The position numbers and the translations under genes were made by a program. Below are positions 12,815 through 25,839 of a stretch of DNA of 64,000 nt, piece after piece. Every line of letters starts with the position of its first letter. Position 1 is the stretch's first letter. Source of the DNA: Larus michahellis. Its lineage: Eukaryota. Where the stretch lies: assembly GCF_964199755.1 (NCBI RefSeq), contig NC_133896.1, forward strand, positions 203,335,471 to 203,399,470. Reading direction: 5' to 3'. Below the pieces are notes generated by a model. It had not been told where the DNA came from, did no database searches, and saw nothing but the letters and a program-made list of their open reading frames with translations.

Positions 12815-13000
12815 CATGGGAACAAACTGAAACACAGGAGCTTCCCTCTGAACCCCAAGAAACACTTTTTTACTGTGAGGGTGACTGAGCACCAGAACTG
12901 GTTGCCCAGAGAGGTTATGGAGTCTTCAGCATCTATGTTTTTTCCTTACTTATCTAGACAAAATTCTCCCTGGGGAGACTGAAAGGGGCTGAGCTTTAAG
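12815..13000 (+). mobile_element. CR1 LINE 3' fragment (ORF2 C-terminus …[22 protein letters not shown]…) in the CENPJ-RNF17 intergenic region
   Basis: Encodes the conserved CR1 ORF2 C-terminal motif [23 protein letters not shown] seen in other copies in this window. Confidence 0.7.
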
Positions 13001-14536
13001 CGTAAATGATATATCACACTAGTACAATAAAGACATCCAAGAAACCTTACACACTATAGCAGTAAAGGAAAAGAAGCTCCTCTTTATTCCAACACTGTCA
13101 AATGAACACTGCAATTCCTGGAGATAAGGAGGTGCAAGGACACCTGAACCACATCCATCTCCTTATGACTGAGAACAGCAAACACAGCAGCAATGCAAAC
13201 GTTCCAGAACAAAGATAGTAACACTCCCCCACCCCCAACTGTTCACTCTGCGCTTCAGATTCTGATACTGGAGAAGTCTGTCACCAAATATGCTCAAAAC
13301 ATAAACAAGAGTTCCATCACAGTAATAAAACTATCACCTTCCAAGTCTTCTAGCAAGATACTAGAACTAAAATAGCTTTTTCTCTATTTCTTTACTACCA
13401 CACGTTAATTCCATCCACTGTTATGAAAAGGATATCACAGAACAATACTTCAGTCTCTAAGGTCAAAAGAGATTGAGATGTGTGTATACAGTTTCACTAT
13501 TTCAAGATTCAAGTGTTGGGAACATTATCTGTAAAAATAGATTAGAAGAGCGCTTATTAAATGGGAGGGAAAAGAACTACTTAACAGAGTTGGCAAAGAA
13601 ATTTGAAAATCCACGTCTCCGGTATTCTCTGTAGACAACACATATGGTAAAGCTTCTCATTTAAAGTATTCTGTGTTTGACTAGATGTATGGACGTCCAG
13701 ATGTTATCGTGGATCTGAGAACCACTGGCACTGGACACTGAGATCAAAAGCTGAAAGTGAAGAAAAACAATTAATTTTGATTGTTTGGGCAGAATACACT
13801 GCCACACATCTGCAAGTTACCTTCCTCAGTTACTAGCAGCAAAAGCTCTTTCTGTTATACTGCTTTAGGGCTCTCTGTTTCAGTACCTGCTAGTTCTTAA
13901 AGCTATATATACTGTGGGCTTCAGTAATGTGTATGTAAAAAAATTCTATTTTTCAAATAGCATTTTATTTTATTAAAAGAGTGGAAGTATGGACAGAAGG
14001 GTTTTTTTTTTTAAATAAAGTCTAGTTGTCAGCATTACTGACAGTTAAGATTTTGCTTAGAACTTTTGAAACCACACCTTTGCAATGGTATGAATTTGTA
14101 GTTCATATTCACTGTACTTACATGTTACTCATCCAAATCCGCAAGTCCCATTTCTATTAGTTTCATATGAACTAAATTTTCATCATCTTCATACAAAGAA
14201 ATGGTGACCTCTGGTGAAAAAGCCTGAAAACCAGAAGTTGGACAGAGTTTTGACAGTAACAGATTTAAATCTCAAGCTAACCAATAGTAAAAGTTATTTT
14301 ACTGCTATACTCACTGCCTAAATGGAACTATGAATATACAAAGAATATGTTTGTTTTCAAGTAAAAGAAACTGGTAACAGAATACTCAGGAACTTTATCT
14401 GCAGGATTAAGAGCACCACAAGATTTGCTCTCTTCATCAGCATTCCTTCACGGTAAATGATTCACAATTTTAAGTTATGAGGGTTCACAGTAAAACAAAT
14501 ACTCAGAAATTATACTCTTGAGTGCTAGTAAGAACT

Positions 14537-14771
14537 TTAGGCTGCACAAGAACTCGGAGAAAAGAAGGAAGCGTTTCTCACAAGTATGGAAGCAGAGAGC
14601 TGTTTTCCTTCAACGCACTCCATCATAGCCCATAATGCTTCCACACTCCACTCTGGGGAATACGGAATTCTTTCCACGTTTTGGTCATATGAAGCAGGTT
14701 TAAATCCAGTCAAAAAAGCTCGTACTGCCTGAACGGGGTACTTCAGCAGATGATAAGGTATCTGACGCAAC
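14537..14771 (-). CDS. RNF17: RNF17 terminal coding exon, the C-terminal part of the last Tudor domain (…LRQIPYHLLKYPVQAVRAFLTGFKPASYDQNVERIPYSPEWSVEALWAMMECVEGKQ…SSCAA*). Stop codon at 14537-14539
   Basis: Minus-strand acceptor ttttgttttag|g. It joins in phase to the exon at 16043-16178, giving …VVPTDR|LRQIPYHLL…, the canonical Tudor post-core segment (L..LP.QA..C.L.G..P). The frame runs to TAA. Confidence 0.75.
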
Positions 14772-15416
14772 CTAAAACAAAAATGAAAAACACTTGCCTG
14801 CAACAACCTGCAAAACTATCAGTATGGACATAAGGATAGCTTAATGGTTCATGCAGTAGTTTTACGGTGTGGAAGCTGGTATCAGAGTCCCTGGTGTCAG
14901 ACCAAACAATTGCTCAAGTAGGGCTAGGCCCTTCTAAAGGACTTCAACGCAGTAACTATCAAGAAACAGGCCAGTACCATACAGACCCCTCCAGGCACAC
15001 TGGCTCCCCATTACAGTGCCTGGGGAGGAGTCTCAAGTGCCTAATACAGATTTGAGCTTTGGAATGCAAGCGCAAGTCATCACAATGCAGGCTCCGAATC
15101 TGGTGCATCTAGAAAATGACACAGACCTTTGCGTTCCAAAGTGCTTCATGCCTGGATGTGCTCTAGACACACTACTGGAAACAGGTACCTTGGTTTTATA
15201 TTATCATCTCCCCATTCTTCTTTCTATCCCAGAACCAAGGGAATGGGGAAGCAGAGTGGGAAGTGCAACTCTGAAGTAAAACACACACTCTCTCCCATGA
15301 CCCTAACAATCTGTGAAGCAGGAAATCTTTTAAAATTCCTATTTTTCCTTATCTGCAGCAAGGACCTGTAGAACCCTCAATGAGCCCAAGAGGAAGCCAA
15401 TGTGATTAAGCAGTGT

Positions 15417-15437
15417 GTATATATATATATATATAAA
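15417..15437. repeat. (TA)n dinucleotide microsatellite
   Basis: tgtatatatatatatatatataaaaag. Confidence 0.9.
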
Positions 15438-16042
15438 AAGTGAAAGTGCTTCACATGGGGGGACCCTAAAAGCCTGGAGTGTTTGAGACACTTAGCTGAC
15501 ATCCGTGTGCCAGCACAGGGGCAGTTTCTAGAGCACCTCAGCACCAGGCAGAACAGGGCTTTGAACCTCCAAATTCCACACAAGCAGCCTGGGGCGTGTC
15601 CCACTCAGATACTCCCTTATCTTATTCCCCAGCTGTCTTCTACGCAGACTGCAGTACACAGGATCAGAGGATTTGTTTGTACACCTGAAGGGTTCAGTCC
15701 TTACTTTGTGTAAGCTTCTTGGGTGCAAAAGCAGATTACAAGCTTGAGCCTACTTCACAGGTTAAGTAACCTGAAGATGGAGAAATCTGACAGTGTAACA
15801 ACGGGCTCCTCAGAACAACCTGAGAAAGAGAAGCACAACCCTATACCCTGCAGACTGAAATTATTTAACCAGCCAACTTTCTCTCCAACTGAAATCTAAT
15901 GCTAAATTATTAATACCTCTGTAGTTATATAAAAATAAATAATAAATGTACATACACTTATTTATAAGTACATACTTTATAATGTAAGTGTATACATACA
16001 CACATAAGACATTTTACATGCATTTTTTTCTTACGTATTTAC

Positions 16043-16178
16043 CTGTCTGTTGGGACAACTGAAAAACTACCATAGTCAACAAATTGAACCAGGATCTTAA
16101 CAGGGTTAAATTCTTCAATGGAGAGGAGCTTTCCTCTATACCATAAACCATCCTGGTATTCTACAAGGCAAGGCATTT
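16043..16178 (-). CDS. RNF17: RNF17 exon, Tudor core ([46 protein letters not shown])
   Basis: Textbook Tudor core motifs (C.A.Y.DG.WYRG…V.FVDYG…V). Acceptor cttttttacag|a and donor gacag|gtaaat on the minus strand. Confidence 0.85.
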
Positions 16179-17029
16179 CTGTAAAAAGAGAAAACCAAAC
16201 CATTGAACGCCTCAAAATATACTCCCAGTGCAGTACAAACTAACTGAACTTGAAAATCCCTTTTACTTTGTGACCAAGATTAAGTTTTTTCTTCCTTCTC
16301 CAATTCATGCTGCTATTGTGTTCTATGCATCCTCCAATTCTCTCTGAACTCCCATTCACAATCATCAGCATGCAATTTAAGTCACGTGGGTCTACCTCAC
16401 ATGGCAACAATAAGAATTAACAGAAAATTGCTTGGTAAAGATAGCGATCCAAACTGTTTAACATTTAAACTTTTCAATTTCAACTCAATTGCACATTTCA
16501 GTTAAGTAAATAGATTGATCCGTAAGAGAATAGACAATACTCTGGAGGACACAAGGCAGATGCTGCCTAAAATCTCAACCAGAATTTTACTAGTTGGTAG
16601 AACCAAATACTAGCAATAACTAGTGTCTTCACAAAGTATTAGACCCACATACTTCATGTTATTTTATGCCCAACAGCTGTGGACAAGAGAACTGAAGCAT
16701 ATCTTTTGCCTAAATGGAGAAATCCAGAATAAAGTGAAGTGATGCTCTTCAGGGTTCACATAATTTCTAACTCTCGGTAACATGATTTTTCTGTATGTAA
16801 CTTCTGTCTTGAATATTTAATAGCAAGATTTTCACAGTTACAGCGTCAGTGACAGTCACCTCAAGGGAAAAGTTTTGTTTTTGACACATGCAATCTAAGA
16901 TCAGTTCACCAACTTTAGCAGGCATCAGAGTTCTTTCCATCATTTTCCAGTGGAGCAGAAGGACACAGCAGTCTCGATTTCATCAAAAGTAAAAACATGA
17001 TTATAGAATAGAAGAATCATTTAAATTGG

Positions 17030-17395
17030 AAAAGACCTTTAAGATCACAGAATCCAACTGTTAACCTAACACTGCCAATTCCACCACTAAACCGTGTCCC
17101 TAAGCACCACGTCGACCCGTCTTTTGAACACCTCCTTCAGGGATGACGACTCAATCACCTCCCTGAGCAGCCTGTTCCAATGCTTGATAACCCTTTCGGT
17201 GAAGAAGTTATCCTAATATCCAATCTAAACCTCCCCTGGTGCAACTTAAAGCTGTTTCCTCTTGTCCTATCGCTTGTTACTTGTGAGAAGAGACCAAGCC
17301 CCACCTCACTACAACCTCCTTTCAGGTAGTTGTAGAACGCGATAGTCTCCCCTCAACCTCCTTTTTTTTTACACTCCTGATTATAGCGTAGTGTT
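17030..17395 (-). mobile_element. CR1 LINE 3' fragment, minus orientation
   Basis: Reverse complement of the CR1 3' region (…ggaaaagacctttaagatcacagaatccaac…cctccctgagcagcctgttccaatg…), as in other copies. Confidence 0.7.
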
Positions 17396-18249
17396 ACTCC
17401 TTACTCTCCAGAAGTATTATTGAAAGATTCACAGAAATATAGTTATTCCTATTCTTCAGAAATAACTTGGGGCATTTTACATCCACATGAAACAACAGGG
17501 AAAATAAACACACTAACACACCTGTTTGGAAGTGTGTTAGAAGAGGAAGAGACTCCACGCTTTTATTGCACCATTTCAGGGCTTCATCAAGGCACACCAC
17601 CTCCGAGTCACAGCTGGCATCTCCTTCTGTGGCAGACTGCATCCTAGGGTTCTTAGAAGGATCAAGGCAAATATATACCTACTCAAAGAAAAGACTCTCA
17701 TATTACAATCTTTGCAGACTTCTTAGAACCTTCAAATTCCACCAGTGATCAAGGGTTATCAGATTACTTGTTCCTGTCTTCAAAGGGTTCAGCACATACT
17801 TGCTCCCCTTTCTTATTTCCTCAATTTATGAATAATTTCACATTTACACAAAATTTTTCCCAAAAGCACAAGAGAGTAATGACTTATTACAATCCACATT
17901 TCAGTGTTAAAAAGAATATAAGGAATGCACATACTAAAGAATACACCCATATAAGATTTCACAGCTGTGTCTTATTAGGATTCCTCCCTTTTACTACTTG
18001 TTAAATAATCTCACTTCATAATATCAAACTAGAGATTAATTTTGAAGTTAATGAAATAATAACTTTTGAAATGGTGTTTTGTTTGCTATGCAGACATTCC
18101 TGTCACCTAATTTACGACTGGGTCATCAGTATAGTGCTATAGGTCAAAGAAATGAAAGCTTAAACAACATGCACAGCCGAATTAACATCTACGTAACAGC
18201 TTCTGATTTTCATTTTTTTTTTTTTTTTTTGAACCAAGCCACTTCAGAA

Positions 18250-18980
18250 CATTACGATATTTTCATAGAATCACAGAATCTTCATGGTTGGAAAGGACCC
18301 TTAAGATCATCGAGTCCAACCAAACAACCTACAATCTCTGCCACTAGAACATGCCCTGAAGTACCACATCTAGACGTTTCTTAAATACCTCTAGGGATGG
18401 TGACTCCACCACCTCCCCGGGCAGGCTGTTCCAGTGCCTGACCACTCCTTCAGTAAAGTAATTCTTCCTAATATCTAATCTAACCCTCCCTTGCCTTCCT
18501 AATTTTCTCTCTGTATAACCTAACGAGATATCCGTATTCTTTCTGCGTTGCCTGTCCCTTCTTCCAAAGGTGGTAAACTCTCCTTTTATTCCTAAGTCCC
18601 ATCAGAAGTTCCTTGTCCATCCAGGCTGGCCATTTTCCCCGCCCTTTAGACTTGCAACACTTGGGGACAGCCTGCTCCTGGGCCTTTAAGATTTCCTTCT
18701 TGAAGAGCATCCAGCCTTCCTGGACCCCTTTGCCCTTCAGGACTGTCTCCCAAGGGACTCTCTCAACCAGCGTTCTGAACAAGCCAAAGTCCGCCCTCTG
18801 GAAGTCCAAGGTGGAGGTTTTGCTAACCCCCCTCCTTACATCACTACGAATTGAAAACTTGACCATTTCATGATTGCATTTTACCGATAATCCAAACAAA
18901 TCAATGATTGGGCAATTATTTTTTCTAAACTCAGAATTATAATTCAGTAGCCAGAAAGAAAAATCAATGTTCATTTTCTA
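18250..18980 (-). mobile_element. CR1 LINE, minus orientation, internally deleted (ORF2 N-terminal segment joined directly to the 3' end)
   Basis: 3'-end signature catagaatcacagaatc…ggaaaggaccc…atcgagtccaacc at 18255. The minus ORF 18480-18974 (…VPWETVLKGKGVQEGWMLFKKEILKAQEQ…[17 protein letters not shown]…) matches the ORF2 segment of the CR1 at 61003. Confidence 0.75.
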
Positions 18981-21900
18981 ATTTGTACACAATATAATCA
19001 AGCTGCAACGCCATCATGCAACTGCTACTTAAAATCTATAGGATTCCAGAGTAGGATCTAGTGTTAACAATTATATACCATGTTCAAAAGCAAGAATTCA
19101 AATCATTTGCACAAAATGAACAAAAAATATTCATTATGTTTCTCCTGTAAGAGAGGAAGCAGAATACACAATTTAAGAAAAGCCCTTTTCTAAGATACCC
19201 AAACACTTCCATCTTGTGTTAGTTAGAACAGTTTACACAAAAATCAATAATCAATCAGTGACCAAAGGCAGTAAAATCTGGCTGTTACAGTCGTAAAGTG
19301 TGCAGGTTACTGTACAACGTTCCAGTAATTTTACTTTTGGAGCATAAAGAAGAGATAAATCATTATTGTTACATATATTTTCTTATTATACAAGGTAAGT
19401 ACCAGACTACAATATTGCAATTCTTAAAATTCCTTTTTGTAGGGAAACAGTCAGTATTTATTTCTCTGCCCCCACCCAAGAGGGTATTTCAAGTAAGGTT
19501 TCATTCACAGTTGCACTGCACAACCATCTGTATCAATAACGCAGTAGTATTTTACAACCTTATTAATACTTTTTTTATATTCTCTAAAATTGTTAGCCAT
19601 GATTTCCTTTTCACCAGCATGACGGGACTGCAACAGTTCCTTTCTGCAATATATACGAGATGTTTACAAAATGTACCTCCTTAGGGGACACCAAATGCGT
19701 AACTCTGACAGGAAATGTATCTCCTGGAACAGGTAGTGGTGGCAACGTGTATGAAGTCAAAACAGGAACATCTCCTAAAAGTAGCTCCTAGACCAAGACA
19801 GACTTTAGTCAATAATCAGGAGTTCTCTGATAATGTAAACAGTGTGTCTTTGATGAAAAAAAAAAATAAATTAATCAACATTTCCTTTCAATACTTAGTA
19901 GGGGTCTAAAAGCAGCTTTAGCTGAAAGTTAACACAACAGAACTAGTTAATTAACACTTTCAAAATATAAAGCATAAATCTTTGAAATGATCTTAGCATA
20001 CTGACTTGCTAACTTGATAGCTGTTAATTCAAAAATGCATTAAATATGGAATTCCCTTTAAAGAGAGAAAATATTTAGAAAGAAAAACTAAAATAATAGC
20101 AATTAATTAGCACAGATTAAACCTGAATGCCATGCCTAATGTTACTGCTGTTTGTCAGAGCAAATTATTCCTTAAGAGAAAGGCAAAGGATAATTTAACT
20201 CCTTAGCCACGAGAATTATCTCTCCTTCATAAGATAACAGATTTTCTCAAGTAGTTACATATTGTCTCAGTAGCATAGCATGCTCCATTGTGTCTTCTTC
20301 TAAAGCCACATTATTTACAGTTTGAGTTCTACATGCCATTAACTTGTTTGGTTCATGACAAAATAAACCTTCATGCATTAAGTTTTGTGTTTATAAGGAT
20401 GTATAGCACATAGCTCATCTGGGTCATAGGTCATGACTTCACTATAAAACATAACAAAACGTACAATTTCTCTAAAAGTCATTTTATTTTTACACATCTA
20501 TTTGATGAACAGTTTTCATCATGTCCAGACCAAAAAAAGAAGTGGAAACAACCAGATACAGATAGCTGCAAAACAAAACAATAAATTCTGACCTTTTCTT
20601 CGCCCTGCATCATCTGACATAGGATACAATACAAAACCCCATTATTTATGCAGACTTAACTAGGAAAAACCAGCTTTTCCATTGGAAGTATGTACTCCTA
20701 AGATTAAAAAAGACAAAACACCTATCTTTATAAAATGCTAGTAAAGAAAGGATGTCTAACTGCACCATAGAGACATACAATCTAAATGCCAGATTTCCCC
20801 AAAACAATCAGGAGCATTGTGACAGGCCACCTGATTACACCTGGCTCTAATGATTTAACTTAAATTCCAGCTCATTCCAACTGAGCACTGCACGTAGCTC
20901 AGCTGGGTATCTCAGTCAGTTCTTATGTGTGTCTTGGAAAGAAAAATTGCATTCACATTTTTGTTGTTAATGTTGACAGTCTTTTCTTATTGTCAGTAGA
21001 TTGGTTACTGCTAGACCTACCACACTTAGGCATAGACAATCCAGTTGTAAATACTGATACTAAAACCACATCTTTAGGAGTTACCTATTTCAAACAGTTG
21101 TCCCCACCCTTTATACCTCTGTTCTTTAAAAATCTAAAATGGCTTACATTCCTTATTACATCTATAAAGCCACAGCAGAAATTATGTCATTTATAGTTTT
21201 CACATCACGTAACACAAGAGTGCTTTTCAGCATGAAGAATTTAATCCAAACTAAGTAAATGGTAGGCTGCAGTGCAGTGTGTTATACTGTACTGCCTTCT
21301 CTACCACATGCAATGCTTTGTTTATGAACAGCCTACAGGAGCCCACCCAGTAGTGTGGGTCATTAAAGACATCTTATCTTTAGGATGACGAAGACAGAAG
21401 TGACAGCCTGGCAAGCCTCAGATTCTGTATTTCCCTGAAACAGACAGGGTACCTTACATGTTACTCTCATATTGACAAAAGGAAAGCAGGAAAGGTCCTT
21501 CTACCTAGCTGTTTACAGAACACTTTTCCACTAGTCTGCTGCAAACATCAGTGACAGAACAGGACTTCGTGGTGTCAGAGATGGTAGGACTTACGACCAA
21601 CACAGCTCGCCTTCAACCCACATGGCTGGCCTTCAACATATATCCACAGTTAACTGACATCCCCATCCTTCTTCCAGGCCTGTCCTGATATGTTCCTAAC
21701 AGGTTGTCTGGGGGGCCAGTATGCAATGCAGTTAAATACAAAAATAGTCTGTATAAGGAATTTTAAACTGATTTTGGTGCAGGTGGTTGGAAATAGTTTG
21801 TAGTCAACTGCTGTAGAAAAAGTCATTCTAAAAACAATTGTTAGTTAAGCCTGAGCTCAGAACAAAGAGATTAAACTTGTCTGTCAAATGAAGCAACGCC

Positions 21901-22994
21901 ATAGTCCCATACACCTGAACATATGAGCACAATGCAGCACCTGGCTACTCAGTTCTGACACACAGTGGCAGAGAAACAAGCAAAACCAACCAAACAGAAA
22001 ACCTCCATCAAAAAATACCACAGTATAATGGTCTTGTATACATAGGTGAGTATGCAAGTGTGTATATGTTTATACAAGTGAACACACATATATGCACACA
22101 TACACTTAGAATGAGATTCACTGCTGTAAGCTCACCATGGTTCGTGTTCTGGTGTAGTTTCCTACTGAGAGACTGATTTACAATTAGGTATTCCGTGGTT
22201 ACTCAGTTCTAATATACACTGAGAGATTTTTATAACTGCATCACAAGGCCACTGGTATACATGCCAAGACTTACATCAGCAGTGACAGCAGCATGGTCTA
22301 TATTGTAAAATTATTTTCTGAAGCAGAGACTCATGTTGGAATGAAAAATACATTGGCAGGCTTGAACAGAACTAAGCAGAAAAAATGCAACAAAGCCTTA
22401 ATAATGTAAATAAACCTGATTCTCAGATTTCAAGAAAAAAACCCAGAGAAATCACTTATCTAATTTTTTTATGTTAAGACAATGAAGTCTGGTGAAAATC
22501 TCAATCCTCCTCTAAAGAACACCAGATGAGTATCTCAGACACTTGAAATGAAGAACCTAGTCAACTTCCTTGGAAATCACTAGGTTTATGTTAAAATACT
22601 TGATTAAATTTACTTTTTAATATCTCCATCCTTGGATACATTTCTAGGAATAACTAATCCCTTCAAGTGATAAAAATATTATCCTATCCCTATCCTTTTA
22701 AGTTTTAGAGGAACAGAAAAACTAATTGGACTTTAAAAAAAACCGGAGAAATCTCTTTTCAGTAAGGAGTCCAAGAACAAAGTCTTAGCTAAGATTGTAT
22801 GGAATAATGAATTGCAACACATCATATCTACACTTGTTATGCTACAGCGCTACGTACTTAGTCTTACTGCTGTTACATCACAAAACTGTACAGAAATGTA
22901 AAAAGAAATAACAAATCAAAGGTCACAACAAGCAACTGAGTGATCTTTTTAGCATCGAAATACCACCAGCAAAACACAGACACACAAATCTCAC

Positions 22995-23110
22995 CAGCTT
23001 TAATATGTCCTGACAATCTTCAGCCACACAGTACTTCTTGTATGCCATGAAGGAAGAAAGCGACATTCCACCAAAATACAGGCTGATGGACAATTTGCCC
23101 CATGGGTTAT
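22995..23110 (-). CDS. RNF17: Candidate RNF17 exon ([38 protein letters not shown]). Only one frame is open
   Basis: Acceptor gaattaccag|a and strong donor aagctg|gtgagat. It is phase-incompatible with the exon at 24062, so at least one small intervening exon is still unfound. Confidence 0.4.
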
Positions 23111-23294
23111 CTGGTAATTCCTACTTACACAGGAAAAAATAAGTTTCTAACAGTAACAGCGTGACTGAGGTTTTAGAAATAGTGACCAGGAAGTTCAAAC
23201 CTGTCATTCCTATATGCACCATACTCATTCATCAAAGATATAAAACCAGTAAGGAGGGCTACTAACATCACTTATGACACAAATGTGGATACAC

Positions 23295-23650
23295 CTATCT
23301 CACAGAATCAGAGAATGGTAGGGGTTGGAAGGGACCTCTGGAGATCATCTAGTCCAACCCCCCTGCCAGAGCAGGGTCACCCAGAGCAGGTTGTACAGGA
23401 ACGTGTCCAGGCGGGTTTTGAATGTCTCCAGAGATGGAGACTCCACCACCTCTCTGGGCAGCCTGTTCCAGTGGTCTGACACCCTCAAAGTAAAGAAGTT
23501 CCTCTTCATGTTTAGATGGGACTTCCTATGCTCAAGTTTCTGCCTGTTACCTCTTGTCCTGTCGCCGGGCTCCACTGAAAATGCACCTCTGGAATGGCAG
23601 CACCAACTACCCAGTCTAATACCGAAACATTCCATGTTTGCTCACTCAAC
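23295..23650 (-). mobile_element. CR1 LINE 3' fragment, minus orientation
   Basis: cacagaatcagagaatggtaggggttggaagggacctctggagatcatctagtccaacc… The minus ORF 23345-23635 encodes …[32 protein letters not shown]…. Confidence 0.8.
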
Positions 23651-24061
23651 AATAAACCCTTCTCTTTCACAATTTAATAATTAGAAATTAAACTATCTGA
23701 AATTCCAAATTATTAGACAATACAGATATGTTTCCCTATAATTTAGTGTATTAATTTAAGCATGTCCATATTTAATTACACCAAATTTTAAGCACTTAAA
23801 ATTGGATTTAGAAGAATTTATGTTGTTGGTAGGTTGCTTGTCAGAATGACAACACAATACAAATAGGACCTAAAAATACTAATACCTCTAAAGGACACAA
23901 TTGAGACCTGAAAACTATAATAAAGGTAAAGTCACAGGAGAAATAACTTTAGCTTTGGATTTTTTTTAAGGAATACATTTAATGCTACACTCCTTCATGT
24001 GTTATTCTTAATGCAAGAAAAAAAAAAGCCTCATTCCACATTTATGAATAAATTAAGCTAC

Positions 24062-24142
24062 CTGAACATGTATTTCAACCTCTTCATTTGTAAGCAGTTC
24101 TTGAAGGCAATCTACTGCATCCTGCTGCCAAAAATTTCCAAT
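24062..24142 (-). CDS. RNF17: RNF17 exon, Tudor C-terminal tail (IGNFWQQDAVDCLQELLTNEEVEIHVQ)
   Basis: Acceptor caccaagtag|a and donor gttcag|gtagct. Phase 0 at both ends. Fits the Tudor post-core motif (W…A…F..L…). Confidence 0.6.
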
Positions 24143-25139
24143 CTACTTGGTGAAAAGCAAGAAACCCCCACATGTTAAGACGTTGACAATTAATACTCTT
24201 ACTATTCTTAATGTAGTGAGATAAAAATAACACAATTATTGAAAAATGTATTTGAAAACACACATCATTAGTTTGATTTGTCTACAACAATTTTAATATT
24301 GTCTATTTGGTACACCAAAACTTACTGTGTGACAAAGCTGACAGCAATTTTCAGATCTTGAAGTGGATCAGAAAGAGATGCTGCTAGCCAAGTCTAAACC
24401 TTACTATCTACGTAATAGTGTATGCGTGCACAATCACACGAAGCATAACCCAAAGAATTATACTTGAAGATAACAGAAAAAACAGGATGCTTTAAATACT
24501 TCTTTTATTCCCCGACATATCTGTTTGCATCCCAACCCATAGGCTTATAAGCCTGTCTGTTTTAATCTATCAGTTGAACTGCTGACAACGATAAAAGGGT
24601 TCTTTTAAAGTAAGTTTAAAAGTAACCTAGTCATTTCAGTAATTCACGTTTACTAAATGCACCATTCAAATTTGAGTAAGATATGATATTGTGAAGATAC
24701 TATTTACATATCGATTACTAACAAACCCCCTAAAACAATTCACTTGTATTGCTTTAGTGTAACAGATTGCTTCCTACACAGCGAAGTTCAGAATGACAGA
24801 AACACTTTTGCAGGACTAGAAGATTTAAAATTCTCTGGCCATTTTGCATTAAGTAATCCAGGCCTTACTTCTTGTTGCTGCTATTGCAAAACTAACTACC
24901 ACTTCAGAGTATCATCCTGCCAACTACTGCAGTGTCTCACAAAGATTTAATTCCAATGACAGCTGCTTTTGAAGCATGGTCACTTCATAAAGCAATGTGG
25001 CATTTCCTGATAAAAGTCTGCCTTGCTGATACGATCCTTACTGGCTATTCTCTGAATCCTCATAGGCAAGAAAAAATACCAGGAACTAGTCTCAACCTTT
25101 GCATGACTAAATAGTGTATCGATTTAAGTAACTACCTAC

Positions 25140-25289
25140 TAAAACATCTTCAAATTTACCATTACTCACTGGTATCGTCTTGTAAAGCTGACATGGTATG
25201 CAAAAGGGAGGAATACCAGTATATGATGTTGTTGGATACAGATGACACTGAGGAATCCTCTCTATGTAGCCACGGTCTATGTACTGTAC
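25140..25289 (-). CDS. RNF17: RNF17 exon, second half of a Tudor core (VQYIDRGYIERIPQCHLYPTTSYTGIPPFCIPCQLYKTIPVSNGKFEDVL)
   Basis: The V.YIDRG…E.IP…L…P.QA/C.P.C.L motif. Acceptor ttttcttttcttgtag|g and donor gtttta|gtaggt. It follows …GGSTLQ of the exon at 26402-26565 in frame. Confidence 0.75.
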
Positions 25290-25839
25290 CTACAAGAAAA
25301 GAAAAGCTTTCCTGAAGTAATTTCCATTTTTTAAGTCGAGTTTAATAAGAGAAAGGGTTCATTTACAGCATTCATTTTTCTGGAGGAAAACTAATGGTTT
25401 GCTGGTAAGTGATATGACAAAGTGGAAATGAGGGTAAGGATTAAAAAAACGGTACGGCAGATCGGAAGTCCAGCTTCTAAACTTGTCTTGCAAGAGATCC
25501 TACCTTTTGTGTAATAACCTACAGCAGTTTGAAATCGAGAGAAATAAAACATTTGTGAACTAGGATAGCATCAGACTTGCAAAACTATATTCAAAAAGCT
25601 TCCTCAGACTCAAGAGTTTGGACAAGATTAACTGCTAACTAGAAAATTTTCAAAGCATTCCACATACACTAACAACAACAACAGAAGAAAAAACCTAAAA
25701 GGGATTACTTACAGGCAATTAAGGGTAGCCTTTTACTTAAGAACATTTATCACCACTAGGAAAACTATGGGAAAAACTGTGATAACTAAAATAGGCAGAT
25801 CGAATTAATCTTTAAAATAAATGTCAAAATCAGGACAGC

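Noticed and set aside
16880-17000. Minus-strand frame MPAKVGELILDCMCQKQNFSLEVTVTDAVTVKILLLNIQDRSYIQKNHVTES, a possible N-extension exon of the last RNF17 Tudor unit
   Set aside because: It is suggestive (a V.V.D.V.VKILL pattern like FQAVVSCVGHDGTIYII), but I could not find a donor that gives the phase-1 end needed to join 16178, and the frame hits a stop after …TES. It is left unannotated.
18480-18974. 164-aa minus-strand ORF
   Set aside because: It is the CR1 ORF2 N-terminal segment, homologous to 61003-61443, and not part of RNF17.
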